The notes: generated from the sequence alone by a model not told the origin. A stretch of DNA of 64,000 nt from Actinomycetes bacterium (GCA_021827485.1 JAKAVM010000091.1:5230-69229); one strand, 5' to 3'; positions 17,601 through 27,468 are shown, counted from the first letter of the stretch. Program-made: numbers and translations.

Positions 17601-19337
17601 CTATGTCGAATCTTCAGGGTTTATTTGCTCTAGTTCCAAATGAGCTGTTTCTGGAAAATATCGTAGTAAAATAATCGCCATAAGGATTGGACCAACTCCA
17701 ACAACTACCATTGGCAAGCCTAAGTTGCCCAATCTGGCACTTCCCGATAGCCACCCCACCAATAGCAGTCCTATTACGCTGCCAACACCCTGGGCAATGG
17801 TGAATATTCCAAACGAAACGCCCCGTAGATTTGTAGGGAACAGCTCGGGTCCCAATACTGTTGTCGCGGGGATTAGTGCACCACCAAGCACTTGAGCAAT
17901 CATATGGAAGAACCACATCTCCCAGCCATGAGATAGGTATCCTGCCACCATGGCAAGGGAGCCGACGACGAGGCTAAAAGCAGCAACACCTTTGCGCCCG
18001 TATTTATCAGCTAAGCGTCCCCCGCCGTAAAGTCCCAATGCACCAGGAATTGTTGTGAACACGTTATATATCACAATGTGACCAGGTGTATATCCACGCT
18101 CAGTGCGTAGAAACTGATTGAGAAATTGGGTGGTAGGAAAGGCAAAAAGCTGAATTAACAAACCAAGGCAGATCAGCAAAATCAAGCGGCTCATGTGAGA
18201 TCTTAGAGTCGGTATATCCCTAACCACTCCAAGTCCTACCCCTTTACTTCGTTCAAGTCGTGATTCTCTTTTTATAAATCTCTTGGATTCCGGGAGGACC
18301 TTTGCGCAAGCCGGGATGAATAGGCAACCAAGAGCACTTATGGCAAAAATTGTGCGCCAAGAGTAGAAGTTGACTCCTGCCACCAGAAATACGTTTGCAC
18401 CCGCGCCTATTACACCACATGCTGTGAGAATGCCGATTGCATAGGCCCTGGAGCCAGCTGGCATCTCTTCGGCAGCATAGATCACAATCAAGGCAAGAGC
18501 AGCTGCAACAAACGACCGGGCTGCGCTTTGGGCAAGTGCGAGCCACTGCAGATTTGGGGCAAGTGCGCCTAGAGCTGAGAGAATAGCGCCCCAGAACACA
18601 GTGTGTAAGAGGACTTTACGACGTCCAAGACGGTCTGCCACGACCATCATTAACAATGTGAAGAGAACATCAATTCGACTAAGCGATATAACAACGCTTT
18701 CGGCAAAGTTGGACGCATGAAAGTCTTTGACAGCATAAGTAAGTGTTTGGGACATCAAAGAGTTTTGGTATCCTGCGATTATGGCTAAAATGGCCAAGAC
18801 GCAGAGAATGCTGATTGATCTAGCATCAAGGATCTCAGGTGGAAGCCACCATGGGTTGCGCTTGCGAGGAGTTAGACGTTTGAGTTCTGCTGCAATTGGA
18901 GGCCACAGTAGCCATTTGAGGAAAGGCGTCTGAAGCTCGACGTCAATAACTTGGTGCACGAGCAGTTGCCCCTCCGAGTTTGGCACTTTGCTTAGTGTGA
19001 CTGAGCGTCTATATGAAGTATAAGGACCTTGGGCCTGGGTAAATTCGACTCTAGTCTCTGTGGTTGGGTCTGGGTCAGCCCGGCTCGTCGTTGCTCGGTC
19101 CATACCAGTTGGGTCGACTTGGTTTGGGTCTGGGTCAGCCCGGCCGGTTGTGGCTCGCCCCGGAGTGACTGGCATTTGCAGCTCAACGACTGCTCCAAAG
19201 CGTGGGGTTAGTACCTGCTGGGCGCGAGCGCTGTCCATTATCCGCTCAGTAATTAGCCTCGCCACAAGCAAAAAGGTTACTACTATTACTACGGAACTTC
19301 CGGCCAAAAGTTGATAGTTATATACTCGGGCAAGCAC
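17601..19337 (-). CDS. MFS transporter with an N-terminal extension of about 170 aa
   Basis: About 12 TM segments from about residue 175 onward, with the MFS loop motif DRLGRRKVLL and a second ADKYGRKG. The N-terminal region has one TM segment and a duplicated RATT(G/S)RADPDP segment. Confidence 0.8.
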   Translation of the reverse strand: MLARVYNYQLLAGSSVVIVVTFLLVARLITERIMDSARAQQVLTPRFGAVVELQMPVTPGRATTGRADPDPNQVDPTGMDRATTSRADPDPTTETRVEFTQAQGPYTSYRRSVTLSKVPNSEGQLLVHQVIDVELQTPFLKWLLWPPIAAELKRLTPRKRNPWWLPPEILDARSISILCVLAILAIIAGYQNSLMSQTLTYAVKDFHASNFAESVVISLSRIDVLFTLLMMVVADRLGRRKVLLHTVFWGAILSALGALAPNLQWLALAQSAARSFVAAALALIVIYAAEEMPAGSRAYAIGILTACGVIGAGANVFLVAGVNFYSWRTIFAISALGCLFIPACAKVLPESKRFIKRESRLERSKGVGLGVVRDIPTLRSHMSRLILLICLGLLIQLFAFPTTQFLNQFLRTERGYTPGHIVIYNVFTTIPGALGLYGGGRLADKYGRKGVAAFSLVVGSLAMVAGYLSHGWEMWFFHMIAQVLGGALIPATTVLGPELFPTNLRGVSFGIFTIAQGVGSVIGLLLVGWLSGSARLGNLGLPMVVVGVGPILMAIILLRYFPETAHLELEQINPEDST

Positions 19338-19369
19338 TGATCTTCGGTAGGCTGGGAAATGAGCAAGAT

Positions 19370-20635
19370 ATGAGTAAATTTATTGTAAGACCAGGACCTT
19401 CACTTTCTGGGACCGTTGTGGTTTCTGGGGCAAAGAACTCTGTCTTGAAACTCATGGCTGCTTGCCTGCTCGCCCCAGGAAGGCACACGCTACGCAACGT
19501 ACCTCGTATAACAGACGTTGCAATAATGATGGATCTACTCACGGAAATGGGTGTTATATCGTCGTGGGAGTCAGACAATATTCTCTCAATTGATGTACCT
19601 GAGGATTTGAGCCCTGAAGCACGTTACGAGCATGTAGAGAAGATGAGGGCCTCCATCGTGGTTCTGGGACCTCTGGTGAGTCGTCTCGGACAAGCTAAGG
19701 TATCTATGCCAGGGGGTGATGATTTTGGCTCACGTCCAATAGGGATGCATTTGAATGGCCTGGAGTCAATGGGAGCAATTTCAGATATATCGCATGGCTA
19801 CGTGAACTGTCATTTACCACCTGGACAAGATCGGCTCGTCGGGGCGAGAATTGTCTTAGAGTTTCCGAGCCACACAACCACAGATAATCTTATGATGGCG
19901 GCGGTCTTGGCCAAGGGAACCACCATTATTGAAAATGCGGCTCGAGAGCCAGAAGTTGTAGATCTAGCGAGCTTCTTGGATTCTATGGGTGCACGAATCC
20001 AGGGAGCTGGAACATCTCGCATCGAGATAGAGGGAGTTGATAGTCTAACTCCTAGTGAACACAGCGTGATACCCGACAGAGTTGAAACGGCAACATTCTT
20101 GGCGGCGGTTGGGATTGCTGGCGGCGAAATAAATCTGATGGGAGGGAGATTCAATCATCTTGATATGTTCATTGAGAAAATGGGTGAGATGGGTGTACGG
20201 ATCTCCCCTACCCAAGGGGGACTATGGGCGCTATCCCCAGGGAGATTAGAGTCAACCGATATCGCAACACTGCCATATCCCGGAGTTGCAACTGACTACA
20301 AGCCATTGGTTACTACACTCCTAACTGTTGCAGAGGGAGTCGGGATTGTGACTGAGAACTTATTTTCGGGTCGTTTCAAATATATAGATGAACTCAAGAG
20401 AATGGGAGCTGACATTAGAACTGAAGGTCATCACGCCGTAATTCGAGGAGTGCCGAAGTTGTCAGGAACAATTGTTCGAGCATCAGATATTAGGGCTGGT
20501 GCCGCGTTGGTGTTAGCGGGTATGGTCGCCGAAGGAGAAACAACGGTAATGGGAATTGACCATATTGACAGGGGCTATGAGAACTTTGATAAGAAGCTGT
20601 CAGCGCTGGGCGCTGATATTGTACGAGTTCAATAA
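19370..20635 (+). CDS. murA: UDP-N-acetylglucosamine 1-carboxyvinyltransferase
   Basis: VSGAKNSVLKLMAA, PGGDDFGSRPI and a C-terminal DHIDRGYE block. 421 aa. Confidence 0.92.
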   Translation: MSKFIVRPGPSLSGTVVVSGAKNSVLKLMAACLLAPGRHTLRNVPRITDVAIMMDLLTEMGVISSWESDNILSIDVPEDLSPEARYEHVEKMRASIVVLGPLVSRLGQAKVSMPGGDDFGSRPIGMHLNGLESMGAISDISHGYVNCHLPPGQDRLVGARIVLEFPSHTTTDNLMMAAVLAKGTTIIENAAREPEVVDLASFLDSMGARIQGAGTSRIEIEGVDSLTPSEHSVIPDRVETATFLAAVGIAGGEINLMGGRFNHLDMFIEKMGEMGVRISPTQGGLWALSPGRLESTDIATLPYPGVATDYKPLVTTLLTVAEGVGIVTENLFSGRFKYIDELKRMGADIRTEGHHAVIRGVPKLSGTIVRASDIRAGAALVLAGMVAEGETTVMGIDHIDRGYENFDKKLSALGADIVRVQ

Positions 20636-20648
20636 GCTGTTTAATTAG

Positions 20649-21632
20649 GTGAGTAAAGTGAGCATAAGTGAACTCATAGATTTGGCGAGTTCAAATGACA
20701 AGAACGCGAAATCAAAGGTAGCATTGGCGAAGCTAATTTCTATCGTTGAACGAGGCGGTGAAGGGGCCCGGCAGCTGGGGAGGGCAATTTTTGCTAAAAC
20801 CGGAAATGCTTATGTGGTTGGGATAACAGGTTCACCCGGATCGGGCAAGTCCACCCTAACTGATAAGTTGATTACTAGCGCTCGGGTGGATAGCAGAGTT
20901 TGCGTATTGGCTATTGATCCAACGTCTCCTTTTTCTGGTGGCGCTATTCTCGGCGACAGGGTCAGGATGAACGATCATGTTGACGATGATCGAGTTTACA
21001 TTCGATCCATGGCAACCAGAGGTCACCTTGGGGGACTATCCTACAGTGTACCCGAAGTCATTCGCTTAGTCGATGCGGCTGGCTTTGGTCTAATCATCGT
21101 CGAGACAGTCGGTGTTGGGCAGGTTGAAGTTGAGATAGCTGGGGCTGCGGACACTACTGTTGTCGTAGTCAATCCTGGATGGGGCGATTCAGTGCAAGCA
21201 AATAAAGCTGGGCTGATGGAGATTGCAGATATTTTTGTTATCAATAAGGCAGATAGACCTAACGCCAAGGAAACAATGAGAGACATTCAGTCCATGCTTG
21301 ACCTAGGTATTCGCAATGATGCCTGGAGGCCTCCGATTATCAACACTATAGCGACAAATGGTGATGGAATTGATGAGCTATATAAGTCCATTTGTCAACA
21401 CGGTGACTTCGTAAGGTCGACAAACGAGCTGGTTGAACGGAGAAATAAACGCGATAAAGAGGATTTAATAAGGGTACTCAAGAGATCCCTAGAAGATATT
21501 ATATCCCAAGGTTGGGAAGACCCTTCGATAGCACAACTCAAGAAGAGGTGCTTGGATCACGAGTTGGATCCTTATAGTGCCTCAGAGCAAATTATCAAGC
21601 AGCTTTTCTCGGTATCAGAAAGGAAAACATAA
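20649..21632 (+). CDS. meaB: Methylmalonyl-CoA-mutase-associated G-protein chaperone (ArgK/MeaB family)
   Basis: Has the P-loop GSPGSGKST, the block IVETVGVGQVE and NKAD. 327 aa. Confidence 0.9.
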   Translation: MSKVSISELIDLASSNDKNAKSKVALAKLISIVERGGEGARQLGRAIFAKTGNAYVVGITGSPGSGKSTLTDKLITSARVDSRVCVLAIDPTSPFSGGAILGDRVRMNDHVDDDRVYIRSMATRGHLGGLSYSVPEVIRLVDAAGFGLIIVETVGVGQVEVEIAGAADTTVVVVNPGWGDSVQANKAGLMEIADIFVINKADRPNAKETMRDIQSMLDLGIRNDAWRPPIINTIATNGDGIDELYKSICQHGDFVRSTNELVERRNKRDKEDLIRVLKRSLEDIISQGWEDPSIAQLKKRCLDHELDPYSASEQIIKQLFSVSERKT

Positions 21633-22412
21633 GTGGAGTATCAATTCTTAGAGCTAAGCACCCCAGAACCAAGAGTCGCCGTGATAAAGCTCAATCGACC
21701 AAAAATGAATGCTCTATCCTTGGAACTTCTAGAAGAGTTGTTTCAAGTCTTAGATGGATTTGTCAAAGATCCGCCTGCTGGAATAGTTATTTGGGGCGGG
21801 GAGCGGATTTTTGCTGCAGGGGCAGATATAGAACAGCTTTCAGGCGGTCAAAATGTTGCAGCAAAAGTTACTTCAAGCTTTCATAAGGCGCTAGATCTAC
21901 TAGGCGACCTTAGTTCAATTTCGATTGCAGCGATCTCCGGTTACGCTCTAGGTGGGGGATTGGAGCTGGCACTTGCGTGTGATTTTAGGATAATGGCTAG
22001 CTCGGCAAAGCTGGGATTGCCCGAAATCCTATTAGGGGTTATCCCAGGAGGAGGAGGAACTCAACGGCTTGCTAGATTGGTTGGACCGTCTCGTGCTAAA
22101 GAACTCATACTTTCTGGTCGACATGTTGGTAGCGAGGAAGCTTTAATGATGGGCTTAGTCAACAAGGTTGTCGATGGTTCCGAACTTTATAATCAGGCAA
22201 TTGACTGGGCTACTCGCTTGGCAGCCGGGCCAATTATAGCAAACGGGATTGTCAAGCAGGCTATAGATCTTGGCATAGATAGAACCTTGGAGGAAGGATT
22301 GGTCCTGGAACAGCAGCTTTTTGAAAAAGTATTTGAAAGTGAAGACTCAAGTATTGGAATAAGATCTTTCATAGAAAATGGGCCGGGCAAGGCCAAGTTT
22401 GTCGGGAAGTAG
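21633..22412 (+). CDS. Enoyl-CoA hydratase/isomerase (crotonase) family protein
   Basis: Has FAAGADIEQL and GYALGGGLELALACD (oxyanion-hole blocks). The GTG start immediately follows the meaB stop. Confidence 0.88.
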   Translation: MEYQFLELSTPEPRVAVIKLNRPKMNALSLELLEELFQVLDGFVKDPPAGIVIWGGERIFAAGADIEQLSGGQNVAAKVTSSFHKALDLLGDLSSISIAAISGYALGGGLELALACDFRIMASSAKLGLPEILLGVIPGGGGTQRLARLVGPSRAKELILSGRHVGSEEALMMGLVNKVVDGSELYNQAIDWATRLAAGPIIANGIVKQAIDLGIDRTLEEGLVLEQQLFEKVFESEDSSIGIRSFIENGPGKAKFVGK

Positions 22413-22433
22413 ACACTACTTTGAATATTTCAA

Positions 22434-24173
22434 TTGACTGATTATCTTCCTTCAAGGCCCACTAATCACCAACACGCAAGGCCTAATAATCAACAACACG
22501 CAAGGCCAGCGCACGATCGCCGAAGAATCAAGCCAGATCCTTATTGGTATCAAAAAGCGGTTTTTTATGAGGTTTTTGTGCGCGGTTTCTATGACTCCAA
22601 CGGTGATGGAACGGGTGACATACCGGGGTTGATTGAGAAGCTCGATTACTTGGCATGGCTGGGTATCGATTGCCTCTGGCTCCTTCCTTTCTATCAATCT
22701 CCGCTTAGGGACGGTGGCTATGACATTAGTGACTTCTTTACTGTACTTCCCGAATATGGCGATATTGCTGATGTTTTCAATCTGGTAGACAAAGCACACC
22801 GGAGGGGAATAAGGGTGATAGCAGACATGGTCGTCAACCATACAAGCGATGCCCATCCCTGGTTTGTGGAGTCGCGTATCAGTAAGACAAACTCAAAGTC
22901 TGATTGGTATGTCTGGAGTGACGATTCTGATAAATGGCCAGATGCTCGAGTGATATTTACAGATGTTGAGAAATCAAACTGGTCTTGGGACGATACGCGG
23001 CGCCAATACTACTGGCATAGATTTTATTCTCATCAACCTGACCTAAATTATGAAAATCCCGATGTTGCTGATGCCATGCTCAATGTGGTTCGTTTCTGGT
23101 TAGATGTCGGTTTAGATGGTTTTCGTCTAGACGCGGTACCATATCTCTTCCAGCGCGATGGGACAGATGGGGAGAATCTCCCCGAAACCCACGCATACCT
23201 CAAGAGAATCCGTGCGGAAGTCGAAAAGAACTATCCCAACCGGGTACTTTTGGCGGAGGCTAATCAGACGCCAGAAGAAGTAGTCGCATATTTCGGTGAT
23301 GGCGACGAGTGCCACATGTGCTTTAACTTTCCCCTGATGCCGCGTATGTTCGTATCAGTGCGAAGAGAGAATCGTCAGCCACTAGTCGATGTCGTCAAGC
23401 AAACTCCCGAACTTCCTGAGGGATGCCAGTGGGGGACCTTTTTGAGAAACCACGACGAACTTACCCTGGAGAAAGTATCCGAGGAAGAGCGCGATTTTAT
23501 GTTGAGCTCCTATGCCAATGATCCGAGATCAAAAAGGCACATGGGAATCTGTCGTCGTCTTGCGCCCCTTATCGACAATGATTACTCGCTATCGCAACTT
23601 TTGCACGCAATGCTGTTCTCTCTTCCTGGTAGCCCGATAATTTACTATGGAGATGAAATTTCCCTAGGCGATAATATATATCTCGGGGACCGAGATGCTG
23701 TTCGGACCCCAATGCAATGGACCCCTGATCGCAATGGAGGGTTTTCCAAAGCTGATCCCCAGCAACTCTATCTCCAGCCACTGATGGATCCGGTATATGG
23801 GTTCCAGAGACTCAACGTGGAGTCGCAGCTTCGTGATCCATCGTCGTTCCTACACTGGGTGCGCAGGATGTTGGAAGTTCGACGTGCATATCCTCTTTTT
23901 GGAACTGGTGGGTTCGAGCTTGTCGAAGCAGCCAATGAAGCTGTATTTGCTTATCTTCGAATACAGGGGAGTAAAGCAGTACTGTGTGTAAATAACCTTA
24001 GCCGGTTGGCTCAACCAGCTGAGTTGGATCTTGGCAATTGGACAGGTCGCTTGCCAGTTGAGATGCTTGGAAGGGTACCGTTCCCAAGGATTAGTTCAAG
24101 CCGATATTTTGTTACCCTTGGCTCCTACGAGTTTTTCTGGTTCGAATTGGTCTTGAGGCGACCCAAAGTTTAG
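22434..24173 (+). CDS. treS: Trehalose synthase (maltose alpha-D-glucosyltransferase), GH13
   Basis: WYQKAVFYEVFVRGFYDSNGDGTGDIPGLIEKLDYLAWLGIDCLWLLPFYQSPLRDGGYDISDF, GFRLDAVPYL and FLRNHDELTLE. There is no fused maltokinase. Confidence 0.9.
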   Translation: MTDYLPSRPTNHQHARPNNQQHARPAHDRRRIKPDPYWYQKAVFYEVFVRGFYDSNGDGTGDIPGLIEKLDYLAWLGIDCLWLLPFYQSPLRDGGYDISDFFTVLPEYGDIADVFNLVDKAHRRGIRVIADMVVNHTSDAHPWFVESRISKTNSKSDWYVWSDDSDKWPDARVIFTDVEKSNWSWDDTRRQYYWHRFYSHQPDLNYENPDVADAMLNVVRFWLDVGLDGFRLDAVPYLFQRDGTDGENLPETHAYLKRIRAEVEKNYPNRVLLAEANQTPEEVVAYFGDGDECHMCFNFPLMPRMFVSVRRENRQPLVDVVKQTPELPEGCQWGTFLRNHDELTLEKVSEEERDFMLSSYANDPRSKRHMGICRRLAPLIDNDYSLSQLLHAMLFSLPGSPIIYYGDEISLGDNIYLGDRDAVRTPMQWTPDRNGGFSKADPQQLYLQPLMDPVYGFQRLNVESQLRDPSSFLHWVRRMLEVRRAYPLFGTGGFELVEAANEAVFAYLRIQGSKAVLCVNNLSRLAQPAELDLGNWTGRLPVEMLGRVPFPRISSSRYFVTLGSYEFFWFELVLRRPKV

Positions 24174-24276
24174 CCATTAGACGCTGTTGATAAGACTGAC
24201 CTAAGTTCCTCTTGGCCTTGAGGCGACCCAAAGTTTAGCCATTAGACGCTGTTGATAAGACTGACCTAAGTTCCTC
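24147..24276. repeat. 65-bp x2 tandem duplication spanning the treS/galT convergent junction
   Basis: Copy A (24147-24211) and copy B (24212-24276) are identical except for one base (T/C at unit position 5). Copy A carries the treS stop; copy B carries the galT stop and its last 14 codons. Confidence 0.97.
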
Positions 24277-25227
24277 GGCTGCTAATTCCGGCGGGACGAT
24301 ATTTATCATCACACCGGTCCCTAACTCAAAACCAGCCTGCGTTGTCACTTTGGGCCAAATGTGGCAGTGCCAGTGAAATGCCCCAGTAGTTCGAAAAGGG
24401 GCTGAATGGAAAACTATATTATATGCAATGTCCCCTAGCTTGGCATTCAACAATTTAATAGCATCTCGTATACCGATACCAACCTCTATAAGGTCGCTGT
24501 CCTGCGAACAATGCAGATGAGAGGTGTGAGAGGTTGGAGTAACTAGGATCTCATAAGGCATTCCACTCCAGTAGGGACAAGTAACAACGACACTATCGGT
24601 GGCTTTGACTAGGCGGTAGCCCGCGTCTACTTCAGCTTCAGCCGAAGCACATAGCAAACAATTACCTGCAAATCTCGAGAATCCAGCTTGTTCTTCGATG
24701 AGTTCTCGCGGCACGAAGGGCATACCCAGAAGTTGTGCATGTGGGTGTTCGATTGAAGCACCAGCTTCACGTCCCGAGTTGACGATAACCTGGCTATATC
24801 GTAACCCAGCAGTTTCAGAGTGTTGGACAACTCGACTCTTTATCGCCAGCATCGTCAAACCAACCGACTCATCATCTAGCTCAGCCCAGCTAAGATTGTG
24901 CAATGGGCTAAACACAAGTACTTCGTGGGTTCCACTTGCAGGTGTTTCAGTAAATACTGGTCCAACGTGCTGAACAACCATAGGGGCGCTTCCTTCGAAA
25001 GCCGGATAGCGATTAGGAACGACACGCACTAACCAATTACCCTGCGGGCCAAAAGTCTCAAGCGCAGGTGGGGTCTCTTCTTCATTGCCAGGACAAAAAG
25101 GACACGGGGACGAAGTATCAGCCTGAACGGGTAGCAACCGGCGGGCAAATGCCTGCGGTCTTTCTGATCGGGCGGGAGTAATGACTACCCACCTTCCTGT
25201 AAGGGGATCTAAGCGTAGCTGGCTCAC
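24235..25227 (-). CDS. galT: Galactose-1-phosphate uridylyltransferase (HIT superfamily)
   Basis: Has the zinc motif CPFCPGNE, the active-site block SIEHPHAQLLG and a second FHWHCHIWP. Confidence 0.88.
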   Translation of the reverse strand: MSQLRLDPLTGRWVVITPARSERPQAFARRLLPVQADTSSPCPFCPGNEEETPPALETFGPQGNWLVRVVPNRYPAFEGSAPMVVQHVGPVFTETPASGTHEVLVFSPLHNLSWAELDDESVGLTMLAIKSRVVQHSETAGLRYSQVIVNSGREAGASIEHPHAQLLGMPFVPRELIEEQAGFSRFAGNCLLCASAEAEVDAGYRLVKATDSVVVTCPYWSGMPYEILVTPTSHTSHLHCSQDSDLIEVGIGIRDAIKLLNAKLGDIAYNIVFHSAPFRTTGAFHWHCHIWPKVTTQAGFELGTGVMINIVPPELAAEELRSVLSTASNG

Positions 25228-25328
25228 TAAAGCCTACTCTACTAGATATAGTTCTATTTCAGGAATCTTTGTAAGTAATTGGAGCGGAAATTATCGCAAG
25301 TAGGATTAGCATCGGCTATGACGTCATC

Positions 25329-25766
25329 TTGATGCTTCATGTACTGTCTGGCTTTGTCGGATTTGGAGCAATCGGGATGACTGGATATTACGGACATCGA
25401 GCAACGATAGAACCATTTGAGCCAGGTGTGCGAAGGTATTTTTCGCCAGGGCTCAATTGGGCCGAGCGGGCAGTCTTCATAGTGCCTTTACTCGGAATTA
25501 TTTTGCTTTTCGAACAAAAAAATGGATCTGTTGCTCGGTCAACTTGGGTGATAACAGGAGTTATTATTTGGGTACTGGCGACGTGGATCTCTGCTTTTAG
25601 AATTTGGCCAAATGAAGAAAGAATTAGAAGGAAGTTCCAAGATATGGAAGGTGAAGGGGTTGATGTTGCAGGGGAAATTGTAGAATATGCCAAAAAAATC
25701 CAGATTCCATCTCTGACGGTAGTTATCCTCTACATCGTCGCAGCAACTATTATGATAATTAAGTGA
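25329..25766 (+). CDS. Hypothetical integral membrane protein
   Basis: 145 aa with four predicted hydrophobic segments. No motif recognised. Confidence 0.55.
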   Translation: MMLHVLSGFVGFGAIGMTGYYGHRATIEPFEPGVRRYFSPGLNWAERAVFIVPLLGIILLFEQKNGSVARSTWVITGVIIWVLATWISAFRIWPNEERIRRKFQDMEGEGVDVAGEIVEYAKKIQIPSLTVVILYIVAATIMIIK

Positions 25767-25824
25767 AGTAATCGTTTGTTTGCTTTGAAGGAGTAGCTGG
25801 ACGCGCTGATAGTTTAGATATCTA

Positions 25825-27462
25825 ATGCCCGATCTTCCGCCCGAGTTTTATGAGGACGACGATATAGAGCGTCTACTCGAAGAAGTCCTTTTTCCTCGTG
25901 AGGGGAAAGAGGGAGGAAGTGGTCCAACTGAGGGGCCAATTGAAGATTCATATGTTGGCCCTATTGAAGAGCCAATTGTAGGTCCATATGTTGGTCCCAT
26001 AGAAGAACCAATCGTTGAAGTTCCCAGTGCAGGGGTTTCTCTGGGGTCAATCTCATCTGGATTGGGCATCCAAACTTCCGGCCAAACGGTAGTCTCTGGC
26101 TCTCGGATGCACTTTCGCACGGCACGGCGTAAGAGAGTTTTGAGGCTTACTCGAACTGCGGTAATTACCATTACCTTGCTGCTGGCTATTTTCGCCCAGC
26201 TCTTCGGCGGTAGTTCAGCAAAAACTTACCCAGGCTCTGGCGCTCAAGTCAATTCGGCTCACAAAGCCGGAGCTTCTGGTTCGGTCAATGGTGGCCCGAA
26301 TAGTAACCATAATAATCACAGTTCTAAACCAGTACTTGCCTTTGCCAAGCAGAAGTATGCTCCATCAGGACCGTTCCCCGTAGGAGAACAATCAGTATCG
26401 CTGATAGATACAAGTAGATTTATCTATCTTCCTAATGGCACAAAGGAGCCACGACAGTTAGCTACGACAATTCTCTACCCCTCATATTTACAGCAAGGTG
26501 TGTCTGTCCAGAAAGTTAATAGTATTTCAATAGAGCAAAGTTCCAGGCCATATCTCAAAGCAGGTCCTTACCCAATTATCTTTTTTGCCCCAGGATACCG
26601 CCAGGTTCCCAGCACGTATCTAACCCTCTTATCAACTTGGGCGCAAGCTGGCTATGTTGTGGTGGGGGTAACATTTCCACTAACTAATCCAAATGCCCCC
26701 GGCGGGCCCAACGAGCAAGACCTCATCAATCAGCCCCAAGATATCAACTTCCTAGTCGGCAAGTTCTCCAATCAGGCAAACTATGCTTCTTTGGGACTGA
26801 AGTTCTTATCTGGATTGGTAGATCCTACAGCGATAATCCTTGCTGGCCATTCAGATGGGGGAGATACCGTCTTAGCGGCGGCATATAATACATGTTGCAA
26901 TAAGTATACTTATCGGGGTGTACTCGATCTCTCTGGAGCCGAGCTGAACGAACCAGCAAATCACTATTTCCCACCAGGTGGTCCGCCCCTTATGGTGGTA
27001 CAGGGGACTTCTGATACAGTGAACCCTCCGAGTTTTTCTCAGACAGTTTATGCTGGTGACACTAGCTCTCCAAAGTATTATCTATCGTTGCTCGGTGCGG
27101 GATACATCAATGAGTATGCCCAGCCAGATTCTTATGAACAGATTGTCGCAAGGGTTTCTTTAGATTTTCTCGGTGCGTATTCCAAGGCCAATGCAAAGGA
27201 CCTGTCAGCAATTCCCCATGATGGAACAGTTACTGGATTGGCAACTCTAACTGATGCCAATCTAAATCTAAATTCGGGAGCTAGCACTATTGCTTCCACG
27301 ACAATTCCGACTACCACCACCACTTCCAGCGCCGCTGCTGGATCCAGTCAATCAAATTCGTCTACAACGTCATCAACGAGCCAGCCAACAATTGCCCCTA
27401 ACCCCGGTGCAGGTACCACAATTGAGTCAACCTCCACAACAATATTTATCCCTTCCGGCTAA
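25825..27462 (+). CDS. Membrane-anchored secreted alpha/beta hydrolase (lipase / PAF-acetylhydrolase-like) with a Ser/Thr-rich tail
   Basis: Has a repeat-bearing N-terminal segment, one TM segment (VITITLLLAIFAQLF), the nucleophile elbow AGHSDGG, VVQGTSDTVNP, and a C-terminal TTTTSSAAAGSSQSNSSTTSSTS tail. Confidence 0.65.
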   Translation: MPDLPPEFYEDDDIERLLEEVLFPREGKEGGSGPTEGPIEDSYVGPIEEPIVGPYVGPIEEPIVEVPSAGVSLGSISSGLGIQTSGQTVVSGSRMHFRTARRKRVLRLTRTAVITITLLLAIFAQLFGGSSAKTYPGSGAQVNSAHKAGASGSVNGGPNSNHNNHSSKPVLAFAKQKYAPSGPFPVGEQSVSLIDTSRFIYLPNGTKEPRQLATTILYPSYLQQGVSVQKVNSISIEQSSRPYLKAGPYPIIFFAPGYRQVPSTYLTLLSTWAQAGYVVVGVTFPLTNPNAPGGPNEQDLINQPQDINFLVGKFSNQANYASLGLKFLSGLVDPTAIILAGHSDGGDTVLAAAYNTCCNKYTYRGVLDLSGAELNEPANHYFPPGGPPLMVVQGTSDTVNPPSFSQTVYAGDTSSPKYYLSLLGAGYINEYAQPDSYEQIVARVSLDFLGAYSKANAKDLSAIPHDGTVTGLATLTDANLNLNSGASTIASTTIPTTTTTSSAAAGSSQSNSSTTSSTSQPTIAPNPGAGTTIESTSTTIFIPSG

Positions 27463-27468
27463 CTAGAG

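Noticed and set aside
17480-17674. 64-aa plus-strand ORF containing PLDPLGPLGPLDPLDPL
   Set aside because: The repeat peptide is the translation of the intergenic 9-nt array, and the 3' part overlaps the MFS gene end. It has no RBS.
17614-19578. Internal and antisense ORFs around the MFS gene and the murA start (17614-17916, 18253-18546, 18992-19198, 19029-19211, 19060-19314, 19318-19578)
   Set aside because: They overlap well-supported MFS and MurA frames. Several simply translate the 60-nt duplicated segment in other frames.
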